From a virus (taxonomy: Duplodnaviria > Caudoviricetes), in the IMG/VR virus record IMGVR_UViG_3300002989_000038, positions 1 to 44,075 of that record: a stretch of 44,075 bases of DNA. The stretch is one strand, 5' to 3'. Below are positions 9,237-18,304 of the stretch, piece after piece; the first letter of the stretch is position 1, and the number at the start of each line of letters is the position of its first letter. The notes below the pieces were generated by a model. That model saw nothing but the letters and a program-made list of their open reading frames with translations. It did not search any database and was not told the DNA's origin. A program made the position numbers and the translations under genes.

Positions 9237-10277
9237 TTAGAGTTGCTGGAAAGAGAACTGAGAAATATCACCTTCATTCTGAGTAAGCCCTGTCGAGATA
9301 CCTATCGATCCCGCGACTGAAATAGCGGAATCTATGTAGTCAAGCTGCCAGGTTGAGGGTTCGGTTGTTCCGTCTTTCCATGTCCGTATTTGGTGATGCG
9401 ACCCAACTAACCGGTACCGCACGCACCAAGTTTCCCCAACAATCGGAGCGGGGGAGATAGCCGAGTTGGACGGCCCGATGAGCGCGGCGGTTCCAGCCAC
9501 ATTTTTGACCAACATCAGGTACTGGCAGCTGAGTAAATTCTGGAACGCCGCGGCGTAATACGTGTTGTTGGCTGACCGACGCTGCATTAGGCCAACCTGG
9601 AACGTCGGCGCAACCGACGGGAAGGCGGATACATAGATTTTAGCGAATAGCTCACCGTCAAGTGGCGAAAAGGTATTCACCCACATGTGCTTATCGCCGG
9701 TATAGGACGCCTGCTGATAATGAATTTTGTTAGATACAACCGAGAACCCGGTATCCTGGGTCCAGCTTGCGCCAATCGACGTTGCACCCGTTGCGAAATA
9801 ATCCACTATGACCGGTGCGGCAGTAGTGGTGGTAACCGGAGCTACGGTCGTGGTTGTGGTAGTCGTCGGAGCAGCCGTGGTCGTTGTCGGTGCTACCGTG
9901 GTGGTAGTCGGGGCAGCCGTAGTCGTTGCCGTAGTCGCCGTGAACGCCGTCCCCCTCGTCCAGCTCCCAGCCCCAAAAGCGCTATCAGTTACCAAAACAG
10001 CCGGAGTGTAGGTCGTCCCGGAGACGAGGTTGGCCGAGGAAAGCGCATACCCCGTGCCATTCGAGGACGTGCCCCGGTTCGTCGCCAGTAGGAAATTAGC
10101 GCAATCCTGAGCCGTGGTGAGAATGAACCCCCGGCCGGCAGCCATGGCGGCCGCTTCCCCCGTACCAAGGGCCTGTGCTACCTCTGTAGCAGTCATCCAG
10201 ACAACATTAATTTGCGTCACAATCGCGGGATTCGGGGTTTCCGGCTGGCCGGAAATAGCGTGTACCAGGGCGTCCAT
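9237..10277 (-). CDS. Thr-rich linker protein with a C-terminal ConA/lectin-like beta-sandwich (putative tail accessory)
   Basis: TTTAAPTTTT tract followed by an aromatic beta-rich domain ('W.VRYRL.G...R.WKDGT.EP..W...D....G.IGI'); SD AAGGAG. Confidence 0.55.
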   Translation of the reverse strand: MDALVHAISGQPETPNPAIVTQINVVWMTATEVAQALGTGEAAAMAAGRGFILTTAQDCANFLLATNRGTSSNGTGYALSSANLVSGTTYTPAVLVTDSAFGAGSWTRGTAFTATTATTTAAPTTTTVAPTTTTAAPTTTTTTTVAPVTTTTAAPVIVDYFATGATSIGASWTQDTGFSVVSNKIHYQQASYTGDKHMWVNTFSPLDGELFAKIYVSAFPSVAPTFQVGLMQRRSANNTYYAAAFQNLLSCQYLMLVKNVAGTAALIGPSNSAISPAPIVGETWCVRYRLVGSHHQIRTWKDGTTEPSTWQLDYIDSAISVAGSIGISTGLTQNEGDISQFSFQQL

Positions 10278-10288
10278 GGAGTCTCTCC

Positions 10289-11530
10289 TTAGTGGATATT
10301 GCTGAAAATGACTGAGACCGCTGGGCTCGTACCAGCAGCGAAATTAGTGAAGGTCACCGATGAATGCGGAGCAACCGGCGCTGCCGTGGTCGTAGTCGGA
10401 GCGGCCGTGGTCGTCGTCGGCGCAGCCGTGGTCGTGGTCGGCGCAGCCGTGGTCGTGCTCGGCGCAGCCGTGGTCGTGGTCGGCGCAGCCGTGGTCGTGG
10501 TCGGCGCAGCCGTGGTCGTGGTCGGTGCTGCCGTGGTCGTCGCTTGCGGAGCAGTGCTCAGGTATGCACTGAGTCCGCTGGTACCTGCACTATTACCCGC
10601 GGTCACCCTAAAGTAGTAGAGCTGCCCGGGAGCAAGCCCGGTAACCACATACTGCGTGGTGTCAGCTGCAATACCGGTGATTTTACCTGCGAAGGCATCC
10701 GGAACCGTCGGGTAGGGATTGGCTCCATCTTTAGTGCTGACGTTAAAACTATTAGATATCGAGTAGTAGACGCTATAGGTGTCCTCTGTCGCCACGTCAC
10801 CCCAATTTACTGTCACCTGGCCGGGTCCTGCTGTAAGCGGGTGTATAGTTGGAGTGGATGGTACTGCCGGTGCTATGGTTGTCGCCGGTGCCACCATTGT
10901 GGTAGTGGCGGGGGCTGCCGTCGTGGTGATTGGCTGCGCCGTAGTCGTGGTCGGCGCACGGGTAGTAGTAGCCGGAGTAACCGTCGTGGTTGTCGGCGCC
11001 GCCGTCGTGGTAGTCGGAACCAACGTGGTGGTGACCGGAGGGGCCGTAGTCGTTGGCGTGACCGTGGTTGTCGGCCCTGCGGTCGTTGTGACCGGCGGGG
11101 AATACCCCAGGAGATCCATCCTCACGACGACCGTATAGCCTGCCAAGCGCAGCGCGTCCGCCTCGGCCTGGCTCCAAGCCTCGACGATACCGGTGTTACG
11201 TGCGCTTATCGCCACGTCCAGCATGCGCAGCGCCTGGGTCAGCAGGGCCAGGACATTCGCATCTCCTGCCGAGACCTCGGGCAAGCCCAGGGCCGGGGTG
11301 AAATCCACCGTAATAGAGTAGGCGGAATTCACCGCATCAGCCTGAAGAAAGTTACCCACTAGGGAGAGCTGAGTGTCGGAGTCTACCGATCCAATGGTGT
11401 ACTGCAAGCCGGTGCCGGGGATGCTGAACATTGACCCGGCAGAGACGTTGGCCAGGAACTGTGTCCCCAAACCCTGTACCTGGCTGCTCCCCTTTGCTGC
11501 ATTGACTGATCCTGCTTTATACTGAGCCAT
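10289..11530 (-). CDS. Tail fibre-like protein: phage fibre N-terminus, mucin-like tracts and an Fn3 domain
   Basis: 'MAQYKAGSVN...GS.QVQG.GTQF' fibre attachment-like start; 'VTGLAPGQLYYFRVTAGNSAG.S' Fn3; APTTTTA repeats; SD GGAGG. Confidence 0.7.
   Translation of the reverse strand: MAQYKAGSVNAAKGSSQVQGLGTQFLANVSAGSMFSIPGTGLQYTIGSVDSDTQLSLVGNFLQADAVNSAYSITVDFTPALGLPEVSAGDANVLALLTQALRMLDVAISARNTGIVEAWSQAEADALRLAGYTVVVRMDLLGYSPPVTTTAGPTTTVTPTTTAPPVTTTLVPTTTTAAPTTTTVTPATTTRAPTTTTAQPITTTAAPATTTMVAPATTIAPAVPSTPTIHPLTAGPGQVTVNWGDVATEDTYSVYYSISNSFNVSTKDGANPYPTVPDAFAGKITGIAADTTQYVVTGLAPGQLYYFRVTAGNSAGTSGLSAYLSTAPQATTTAAPTTTTAAPTTTTAAPTTTTAAPSTTTAAPTTTTAAPTTTTAAPTTTTAAPVAPHSSVTFTNFAAGTSPAVSVIFSNIH
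10383..10541. repeat. Coding 21-bp tandem repeat, about 7.5 copies (encodes APTTTTA)
   Basis: Consensus GCCGTGGTCGTGGTCGGCGCA repeated head to tail with no spacers. Confidence 0.95.
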
Positions 11531-11571
11531 GCTGCCTCCAGCGTGATTGTAATTGGACGATGACTAAACTA

Positions 11572-11940
11572 TCAGAAGGATAGCCTAATGCCTGATCTAT
11601 AGTTCATTGAAGTCGCTGTGATCTCTACTCCAAGGGTTAACGCCTGCCACACTACACGGTAATCTTTAGGTAGTGCATATGAAATTATCGAGTGTGCCAA
11701 GGTGGTACCCGCAAAGTAAAATATAATATTGCTCTTACTGGGATGATCTCCCAGCACTAAATTCGTTTCAACTACGCCCTGTTTGGACAATGCTATTGTC
11801 TGCCCGCAATCTATGGTACTCAGAGCAGCGTATGATGCCTCCATGATGGTGGCAGTCCTGTTCCACTCACTAGCGCAAACGGGAGCAGGGGCAGCGCCCA
11901 ATATCCCCATGATAATAATAATTACGATAAAACTTGTCAT
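11572..11940 (-). CDS. Small exported or membrane hypothetical protein
   Basis: Likely start MTSFIVIIIIMG (ATG 11940), hydrophobic leader; 'ID..QT......ETN.VLG.HPS'; lower GC. Confidence 0.6.
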   Translation of the reverse strand: MTSFIVIIIIMGILGAAPAPVCASEWNRTATIMEASYAALSTIDCGQTIALSKQGVVETNLVLGDHPSKSNIIFYFAGTTLAHSIISYALPKDYRVVWQALTLGVEITATSMNYRSGIRLSF

Positions 11941-11954
11941 TCTGGTTAAACAGA

Positions 11955-13808
11955 TCATTGGGCGCCGACCTTTGACCATCCGGAAGGGGTGTAAATGTAG
12001 AGCAACCCGGTGCTGGTTACCCAAAGGCAACCCACTGATACATTTGTGTGGGTAGGTACTGAAGCTGACGTAGACGCTTCTAATTTAAGAGGTGATGCAA
12101 CACCATTAAAAATACCTCCGAATGATGGTACCCTAGTCTGCCCTATTACTAGTCCAGCAAAGCCGCCATCCACTCTGATCATATTTTGTGAACTAGACGT
12201 GGAGTCTATTTGCAACGGAACACTCTCATTGTCACCGGATATGACTATCCCTTTAGAAGAGTTAGTCAGTCCAATCGATATAGCATATCCACTATTACTG
12301 GCAGAGATAGCTGCTGCAAATAGCCCGATGGTGGTCTGCCTTAGCGTAAGCAAGCTAACGCTGTCCCCGACGGAAGCTTCCGCTCCCAGGGATGCAACCA
12401 AGGTATTGCTTTGGCTGTAGTACTCTAGCCTGTTATTGGTAGCAGACAGTATTGCTCTGGACCTGTCACCAGTACCAGGATCGGCCTTAGTCTGGATCGT
12501 AGAGCCAGTCACTGTTCCAGCCGCTAGGTACTCTGCTGCCAGTTTTCCCGTGAAAACAAAGTCAGACCCAATCTTGGTAACAAATCCACCCGCATAAGAA
12601 TTTGTCATGTAGGCCGACATGTCCGGGGTTACCCCTGGAGGGCCGGTCAGATTGGCGCGGGCCTCCGCGGAGAGATTCTCCCAAGTAATGATGGCCTCGG
12701 GTCCCATCGTGACGTTCCCGCCGACAACGAGAGATCCATCAACCATGAGCGCCCCGTCAATCCCCACCTGGGTTACCCCGCCAACAGTGCTCACCACGAA
12801 AGGGGCGATACTGGCCGTGGGGTGACCTGGGTCCACAATGGCGAATTTGTCTGCGAGTATCTCGACGGTACCGGTCACGCCGTCGTTGGCCATGCCTATG
12901 CCGGTGATATGCCCGTTCACGTCGGTTTTCAACATCATCTGGGCGTAAAGGTTGGCGGAGACCGGTTTCCACTTCGTCGTGGCTGTTGCTACCCCCGCTA
13001 TTACGGAAGGAGTCGTATCGTTACCGTCCACCAGGCTCTGGAACATGTAAGGGACTGCAGGCGTCCCAGTTGTATAAATGACCACGCTCCCTGCGCTGTA
13101 TGAACCAGCAACCCAGTTGGGAGCGACTGATGATGCCCGCACCTTCTGCTCCACCGACAGGGCCGCCGTGTTGTCACCCAGCGACGCCTGGTTATCCGCG
13201 ACCTGTTTTACCAATCCCGTAGCGGGGTCCTCGACTATCGTTGAGAGGTTGGTCAGCAGGGTGACGAGCCCTATTTCGGGATCGGTAACCGACGACTGCA
13301 GCCCGTCAAGTTTGGTAATGAGTCCGGTATCCGGGTTGGAGACCAGCGACTGTAAAGAGGTCACCTGGGCGACTAGCCCCGTTTCCGGATCCTCCAGCGT
13401 GCTGTTGATCGCCCCGACATCCTCGGATAGTGGTCCCACGGCGTCGACCGCACTATTCAGGTCCGCGTTCAGCTGCGAACTGGTTATCTGCCCGGTCAGG
13501 GCCTGTAGCATGTCCTCGAGCTTGCCCATCACAGTGCAGGTCATGAGCGGGGTGTAGTTGAGCCCGGTGTCGCCGAAAACGTCATAAGCCGCGGCCTTCA
13601 CCCCCCAGATCCCGGCTGTTGCAGGAATGGTAATGCTGGTGTTCGGACCCTTATACTTGCGGTTATTGGACGCCGGGACGAAGTCGCCATTAACCAGTTG
13701 CCCCGCGGGCACGGCGAAGACCTCGTAACCGCCGCCGGTCACCACGTCCACCTCAACGGATGGGTTAAACCTCAGATAAATTGCTTCCGTGCCTGCCGTT
13801 AACTGCAT
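11955..13808 (-). CDS. C-terminal part of tail tip/host-specificity protein J (coiled-coil repeats, CBM-like module, DUF1983-like region, variable tip)
   Basis: 'LYAQMMLKTDVNGHITGIG...ILADKFAIVDP...PFVV...IDGAL' as in J C-termini; 18-aa DPxTGL repeats. Confidence 0.8.
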   Translation of the reverse strand: MQLTAGTEAIYLRFNPSVEVDVVTGGGYEVFAVPAGQLVNGDFVPASNNRKYKGPNTSITIPATAGIWGVKAAAYDVFGDTGLNYTPLMTCTVMGKLEDMLQALTGQITSSQLNADLNSAVDAVGPLSEDVGAINSTLEDPETGLVAQVTSLQSLVSNPDTGLITKLDGLQSSVTDPEIGLVTLLTNLSTIVEDPATGLVKQVADNQASLGDNTAALSVEQKVRASSVAPNWVAGSYSAGSVVIYTTGTPAVPYMFQSLVDGNDTTPSVIAGVATATTKWKPVSANLYAQMMLKTDVNGHITGIGMANDGVTGTVEILADKFAIVDPGHPTASIAPFVVSTVGGVTQVGIDGALMVDGSLVVGGNVTMGPEAIITWENLSAEARANLTGPPGVTPDMSAYMTNSYAGGFVTKIGSDFVFTGKLAAEYLAAGTVTGSTIQTKADPGTGDRSRAILSATNNRLEYYSQSNTLVASLGAEASVGDSVSLLTLRQTTIGLFAAAISASNSGYAISIGLTNSSKGIVISGDNESVPLQIDSTSSSQNMIRVDGGFAGLVIGQTRVPSFGGIFNGVASPLKLEASTSASVPTHTNVSVGCLWVTSTGLLYIYTPSGWSKVGAQ

Positions 13809-13815
13809 AAGATCC

Positions 13816-16800
13816 TCAGGTAAGTACTGCCGGAGCAGGGTTAGATACAGTCAACCGCGCCGGGTTGGCGGAGACAGTGCCCCAGATCGTCACTGCGGCG
13901 ACCGCTACCGTGAACTCGCGGGCAGGGACTCCACTAGCGTCGAGCGCGTTTTTGTCGAAACTGTAAACGTACTGCTCTCCGCTCGCCGTATCGATACGCC
14001 GCCGACTACCGTCGACGTTATAGACCGTGATGGCATAGCCGGAAAGCCACCCGGCCGGGTAGGGAGTCCCCACGCCGTAGGAATCGTCCCCGAGTTGATC
14101 CGCCACCGCGTTCGGGGGGATCGGCTGCTTCCAGGAAAAACGCGCATCCCGGTCCACAAATATCTGGTTATTCCCCTGGCCAAGCAGCTGGAGACCCTTA
14201 ACGTCCGGCGGAGTATCGGTGCGCCCGATGATAGCCTTGCTGGTAGATACCCAGGGCGAGGCAATACCGAAGGGGTTGATGGAGCGTACTTGTGCGGTGC
14301 AGGTGCCGCTTGGCGGTCCGATGATCTCGACTCTGTTGACACCCGTCGTTTTAAGATCGGTCCAGGTCGTCCCGCCGTCGAACGAGTAGTGTGCCTGGTA
14401 CCCGGTTATGCAGGTCTGCGGCGATACGTCCCAGGTAAGGTACAGGTGACGCTCCAGGGCGCCGGTGACGCTCAGCTTATCCTCGGTGGCGAGCATTACC
14501 CCGGTCGGAGAGATGATCGAGGCGGCCGGTAGCTGGCCCGAGATCGGAGGGTCGTCGAATACGACTCCATCCTCAACCCAGGCGAACTTGCCCGGGTTGT
14601 AACTGAGCCCGACGACCTGGAAGACGCCGGGGGAGTCCTCGGTGACGTTGAGACACCTGAAAAGCTGCGCCTCGATGTAGTCAGGGGACTCCAGCACCCA
14701 GGGTGTGCCTGCGATCGGAGCCGCGGTAAGAGGGGAAGCCAGCATGACGCTCAATGAGCTGCCAGGCTCGGCAATGATGACGGAGGTGGTCAGGCCCGGG
14801 GGCGTGGTGGACATGTCGACCAGGGTCAGGTTGTAGGTTTTCCCGTATTCGAAAACCACCGGCGCATCGAGAGTGACCACACTGGCCGTGGCGGAGGAGA
14901 CCCGCCCACCCCAGCGCACTCCGGATCGGCCGACGTCGAGAACCTTGTAGACCTGGCCAGGAAGGACGAAGGTCCCTTCGAGGCCGGTCTTGTGGGTGCA
15001 GGTTTCCGTCTCGTTCAGTTCGGAGTAGATTGCCCATTTCCCGAAGCGGTGCGCTTGGCCGCGACTGGTGCAGCCGAAGGTCTGGATATTGGTCGGATTG
15101 TAGCCATAGCGCCTGATCCCCTCGGGGTCGTCCACGTATTCGGTGGCCGGCTTGTAGTTGTCGGCCGGGTCGTTCCAGGTGACGATCGCTGCGTTGTGCC
15201 TCGCGCGCTTAGCGGTCCCCGAGTAGATGAAATCGCCATTGATCACATTGGCGTTGGTGAACTCGTGCGAGGGTGCAACCGGGGAATCCTGTGTTGCCGT
15301 CACCTGACCGGCGGCCCAGTAGACCATGCCACGGAACGCTGAGGTCAGCGCCTGCAACAGTGCGTATGCCTGACCTGCCGTCGAGATGTAGCAGTTCAGG
15401 GTAAAGCGCGGTTCCAGAATGTCCGTACCGCTGGCGGTTTTGTAGCCGGAAGGAACCATGCCGTCGCAGTACTGGCCGATTGTGTAGAGCGCCCATTTGT
15501 TCACGTTGCTGGGTGAGATGTACTTCCCGAGGCCGTAGCGCGTATTGGTCACCAGGTCGTAGTAGCACCAGGCGGGGTTGCTGGTCCAGGCCGTGTAAAA
15601 GGTTCCGTCCCATCCCTGCACGGCTCCGGTGTCCTGCCCGAGTGCGTTCCGCGTGTACTTCCCCGGCATCCAGGTTCCGTCCGATTTCTGGGAGGCGGGG
15701 AAGTAATTGCTCGGGATCTTCACCAGCAGCAGCCGACAGTGATAGGACCGCGTGGGTATCGAGGAGAACTGTCGGGCCGAAGCCACCACGGAGAACACGG
15801 CGGAGTTCGGGTAAGCGAGCTTCGAGTCGACGATCTCGGTATAGGATTCCCACTGCAGGGTCTGCTGGATTTTAGGGTCGGTGCTGTCAGCTTGCATCTT
15901 GGTTACCCGGACGTCCCAGGGTCCGACTCCCGGCAGATCATAATCCAGGGTGGAAATCTCGAATTTAGTCGGGTGCTGGCCCGAGAGAGGGGGGCCCATC
16001 ATGGCGATATATCCAGTATGAGAAGCACCATAAAGCCCGGCGAGATACCAAAAGCTCCTGTTGCTAAAATCGTCATTGCCGTTCCAGCCAAGATATACCT
16101 GCTGATCTGCTATTATTCTGAACTGGACCTTGGTGCAGGAGGAGTCCAGGCCAACGTAGGTAGTATTAAAGCCATAAGCTACGATCGAGTCAGTATCCGT
16201 AGTTACTGATACTGAAGATCTTTTGGTAAGTGTCCCGTCAGATAGCCCTACCCAGACCTCAAGCGTAAAAGAAGCGGCACCTCTTGCGGGATGAGGATTG
16301 AGATAGTATCTCAGCTGATTCAACATGAGCCCGTTTCCCTGTAAAGGCGCCAGTGATAATTCCAGTACTCTGACATATCCCGCCGGTACGGCTACATCGA
16401 CGGGAACATGAGCTGACAGGTCTACCGGGGTAGCCAGTGCCGATACAGGGGGGAAATCTGGTGTCAGGGAGTCTTTGACGTCAACAGCGTAAAGGATCTG
16501 CGTTGAACGAGTATTGCCATTGCCATCGATAGCGTAGAGAGAAGGCGAACTGAGACGCAGCCGCAGCCGGTCAAGGCCGAGCGAGACTCTACGTACTATC
16601 GGCTGGTCGTACAGTACTTCCGCTCCGACGGCCATTTCGGACTCTACCTGGGAGAATCCGGGGATGGACAATTGCGCCGGAGTTCCCTTGCTGCCCGAAT
16701 TGACGGCCACGGCGGAGGTCACTCCGTCGGTCTGCAGAAAGTTGTAGTTTCCCGACAGCGGATTTTTTAGCGGAGTGTCATTTATCAGCACGGAACAATC

Positions 16801-16929
16801 CCCGTTGACGAGCCCGTAGATGGGCCCCTCGCAGATAAGGTCCAGGATCCGGGCTGTCCCGATGGACCGGATAAGCTCTGGCGAGGTTGCTGGCGTGCTA
16901 GCAGAATCTTTTCCAGATCCGGTGATCAT
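13816..16929 (-). CDS. N-terminal part of tail tip attachment protein J (lambda gpJ-like)
   Basis: 'ILDLICEGPI.GL', 'YPNSA', 'WDGTF..AWTSNPAWC.YDL...RYGLG', 'EPRFT.N', 'FGCTSRGQA.R.GKW'. Confidence 0.93.
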   Translation of the reverse strand: MITGSGKDSASTPATSPELIRSIGTARILDLICEGPIYGLVNGDCSVLINDTPLKNPLSGNYNFLQTDGVTSAVAVNSGSKGTPAQLSIPGFSQVESEMAVGAEVLYDQPIVRRVSLGLDRLRLRLSSPSLYAIDGNGNTRSTQILYAVDVKDSLTPDFPPVSALATPVDLSAHVPVDVAVPAGYVRVLELSLAPLQGNGLMLNQLRYYLNPHPARGAASFTLEVWVGLSDGTLTKRSSVSVTTDTDSIVAYGFNTTYVGLDSSCTKVQFRIIADQQVYLGWNGNDDFSNRSFWYLAGLYGASHTGYIAMMGPPLSGQHPTKFEISTLDYDLPGVGPWDVRVTKMQADSTDPKIQQTLQWESYTEIVDSKLAYPNSAVFSVVASARQFSSIPTRSYHCRLLLVKIPSNYFPASQKSDGTWMPGKYTRNALGQDTGAVQGWDGTFYTAWTSNPAWCYYDLVTNTRYGLGKYISPSNVNKWALYTIGQYCDGMVPSGYKTASGTDILEPRFTLNCYISTAGQAYALLQALTSAFRGMVYWAAGQVTATQDSPVAPSHEFTNANVINGDFIYSGTAKRARHNAAIVTWNDPADNYKPATEYVDDPEGIRRYGYNPTNIQTFGCTSRGQAHRFGKWAIYSELNETETCTHKTGLEGTFVLPGQVYKVLDVGRSGVRWGGRVSSATASVVTLDAPVVFEYGKTYNLTLVDMSTTPPGLTTSVIIAEPGSSLSVMLASPLTAAPIAGTPWVLESPDYIEAQLFRCLNVTEDSPGVFQVVGLSYNPGKFAWVEDGVVFDDPPISGQLPAASIISPTGVMLATEDKLSVTGALERHLYLTWDVSPQTCITGYQAHYSFDGGTTWTDLKTTGVNRVEIIGPPSGTCTAQVRSINPFGIASPWVSTSKAIIGRTDTPPDVKGLQLLGQGNNQIFVDRDARFSWKQPIPPNAVADQLGDDSYGVGTPYPAGWLSGYAITVYNVDGSRRRIDTASGEQYVYSFDKNALDASGVPAREFTVAVAAVTIWGTVSANPARLTVSNPAPAVLT

Positions 16930-17594
16930 GCGATTGCCTCGGTTGTAACTTGGATACCTGCGCTGATGACCACGGACCCGACGACCAGCTCCCCGTACCC
17001 GATGGGCACTGGCACGCCCTGCTTGGTGGTGTTAGTTGCGCCGGCGAAAACGAAAGATCCGTCTTTTGTGGCCTGGCTCTCGGGAGTCTTCGAAAGTAGC
17101 GTCGAGATGCCCGAGAACATCAGGGACGCGCCCAGCATCGCCACGGTCCCGTAGGACATGCCGAGCAGGGCCGTCTGAGACATGGCGGCTCCGAACCCTA
17201 GTTCGCCTCCATAAGCCATTCCCATCATGCCGCCTTCCGTGGCGCCGTACGCTGCAAGGCCATACCCCATGGAGGCAATGGCGATGACGGCACCCACGAC
17301 GATCTTTGCGGTGGCATTCCCGTTGGCGCTCGCCCCTGAGAGGATCGGCACGATGTGAAAGGTTTCCCGGCTGCCGAACGGGAAGGCGAGCGCGTCGGGG
17401 CTGATCGCCGTATCACCCAACAGGATCTGGTAGGCGGTTCCCTGCCGCTCCGAGTCCATCAGATGCCGGTGAAAGCCGGGGCGGTTGGTTTCGATGGCGA
17501 GCACCGCCTCAGCGGGAGTAAGCACGTCCAGTTCCCAGCACGCCCCGAAAAGCTCGGCCAGTTCGCCGTGCAGCATAACTGTTTTCCTGCTCAT
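16926..17594 (-). CDS. Tail assembly protein I (lambda gpI-like)
   Basis: 'LHGELA..FG', 'HIVP..SGA', 'F.G..NT..QG.PVP.GYGE..VGS.VISA'; position between K and J. Confidence 0.92.
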   Translation of the reverse strand: MSRKTVMLHGELAELFGACWELDVLTPAEAVLAIETNRPGFHRHLMDSERQGTAYQILLGDTAISPDALAFPFGSRETFHIVPILSGASANGNATAKIVVGAVIAIASMGYGLAAYGATEGGMMGMAYGGELGFGAAMSQTALLGMSYGTVAMLGASLMFSGISTLLSKTPESQATKDGSFVFAGATNTTKQGVPVPIGYGELVVGSVVISAGIQVTTEAIA

Positions 17595-18304
17595 AGGAGA
17601 CTCCGGTGCCGTAGCTTAAGAGTGGTCATCTTCCGGAGGAAATCCCCGTACACGTCGTGGCAGGAAAGCCGCCCCGGGATATGGTGCAGCAGCGTGCCAT
17701 TCGCCTGATAAATTCCGGCGTGCACCGGTATCTCTACGCCGAGCTGCAGCAGCAGCACATCGTGGGGACGCAGATCGTCGACTGGAACGAAGCCGAACTG
17801 TGCATAGCGCTCGACATAGTAATTTTTTCCGTTCACCCAGAAATCCTTTTCGTAGGGTTCCCAGTCCGGCAGGGTGATACCCAACTTCTCCAGATAGTAA
17901 TCGTAGACCAGGGTCCAGCAGTCGTAGATCCCCCAGGCAAAGGAGCGGCCCAGCAGTGGCGCTTTCCCCCCGGGTAGGCAGGAACCGAAGTTATCGTCCT
18001 CAATTGAATATACGTACCAGGGAAGGGCGCTCCGGTCGCACCCGGCCCGGTCAATCGTAGTAGGTGCCGCACTGCCGGTGACGTGCGAATGGTACAACGC
18101 CAGGATCTCTCCGGCGGCTTTCGCCTCCAGGAAACTCCTCGGAGAGACCGTAAAGTTCCAGCGGGGGTCTCCATCCTGGTTGGCAACGGGGAATACTCTT
18201 TCGCGGCCGTCCTTAGCGACGATAAACCCGCAGGCCTCGTTGGGAGCGTCTCGCAGTGCGTGGGCCTTTATTGCCTCGATAGTGGATTGTTTCATCTCGC
18301 TCAT
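17591..18304 (-). CDS. Tail assembly protein K (JAB/MPN + NlpC/P60)
   Basis: 'HA....PNEACG', 'YHSH', 'GR.F.WG..DCW.LV.DYY', 'HAGIY..LLHH'; start at 18304 overlaps the L stop (TGATG). Confidence 0.92.
   Translation of the reverse strand: MSEMKQSTIEAIKAHALRDAPNEACGFIVAKDGRERVFPVANQDGDPRWNFTVSPRSFLEAKAAGEILALYHSHVTGSAAPTTIDRAGCDRSALPWYVYSIEDDNFGSCLPGGKAPLLGRSFAWGIYDCWTLVYDYYLEKLGITLPDWEPYEKDFWVNGKNYYVERYAQFGFVPVDDLRPHDVLLLQLGVEIPVHAGIYQANGTLLHHIPGRLSCHDVYGDFLRKMTTLKLRHRSLL

Noticed and set aside
10383-10541. Possible CRISPR array
   Set aside because: Units are contiguous with no unique spacers, are in frame in a CDS, and no cas genes are present
5800-11362. Val-rich and Arg/Gly-rich plus-strand ORFs (e.g. 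5800-6252, 6904-7383, 10299-10616, 10364-11362)
   Set aside because: Antisense shadows of the Thr-codon repeats in the real minus-strand genes
5769-13808. Diversity-generating retroelement acting on tail fibres
   Set aside because: No reverse transcriptase and no TR/VR pair differing at adenines seen in the window
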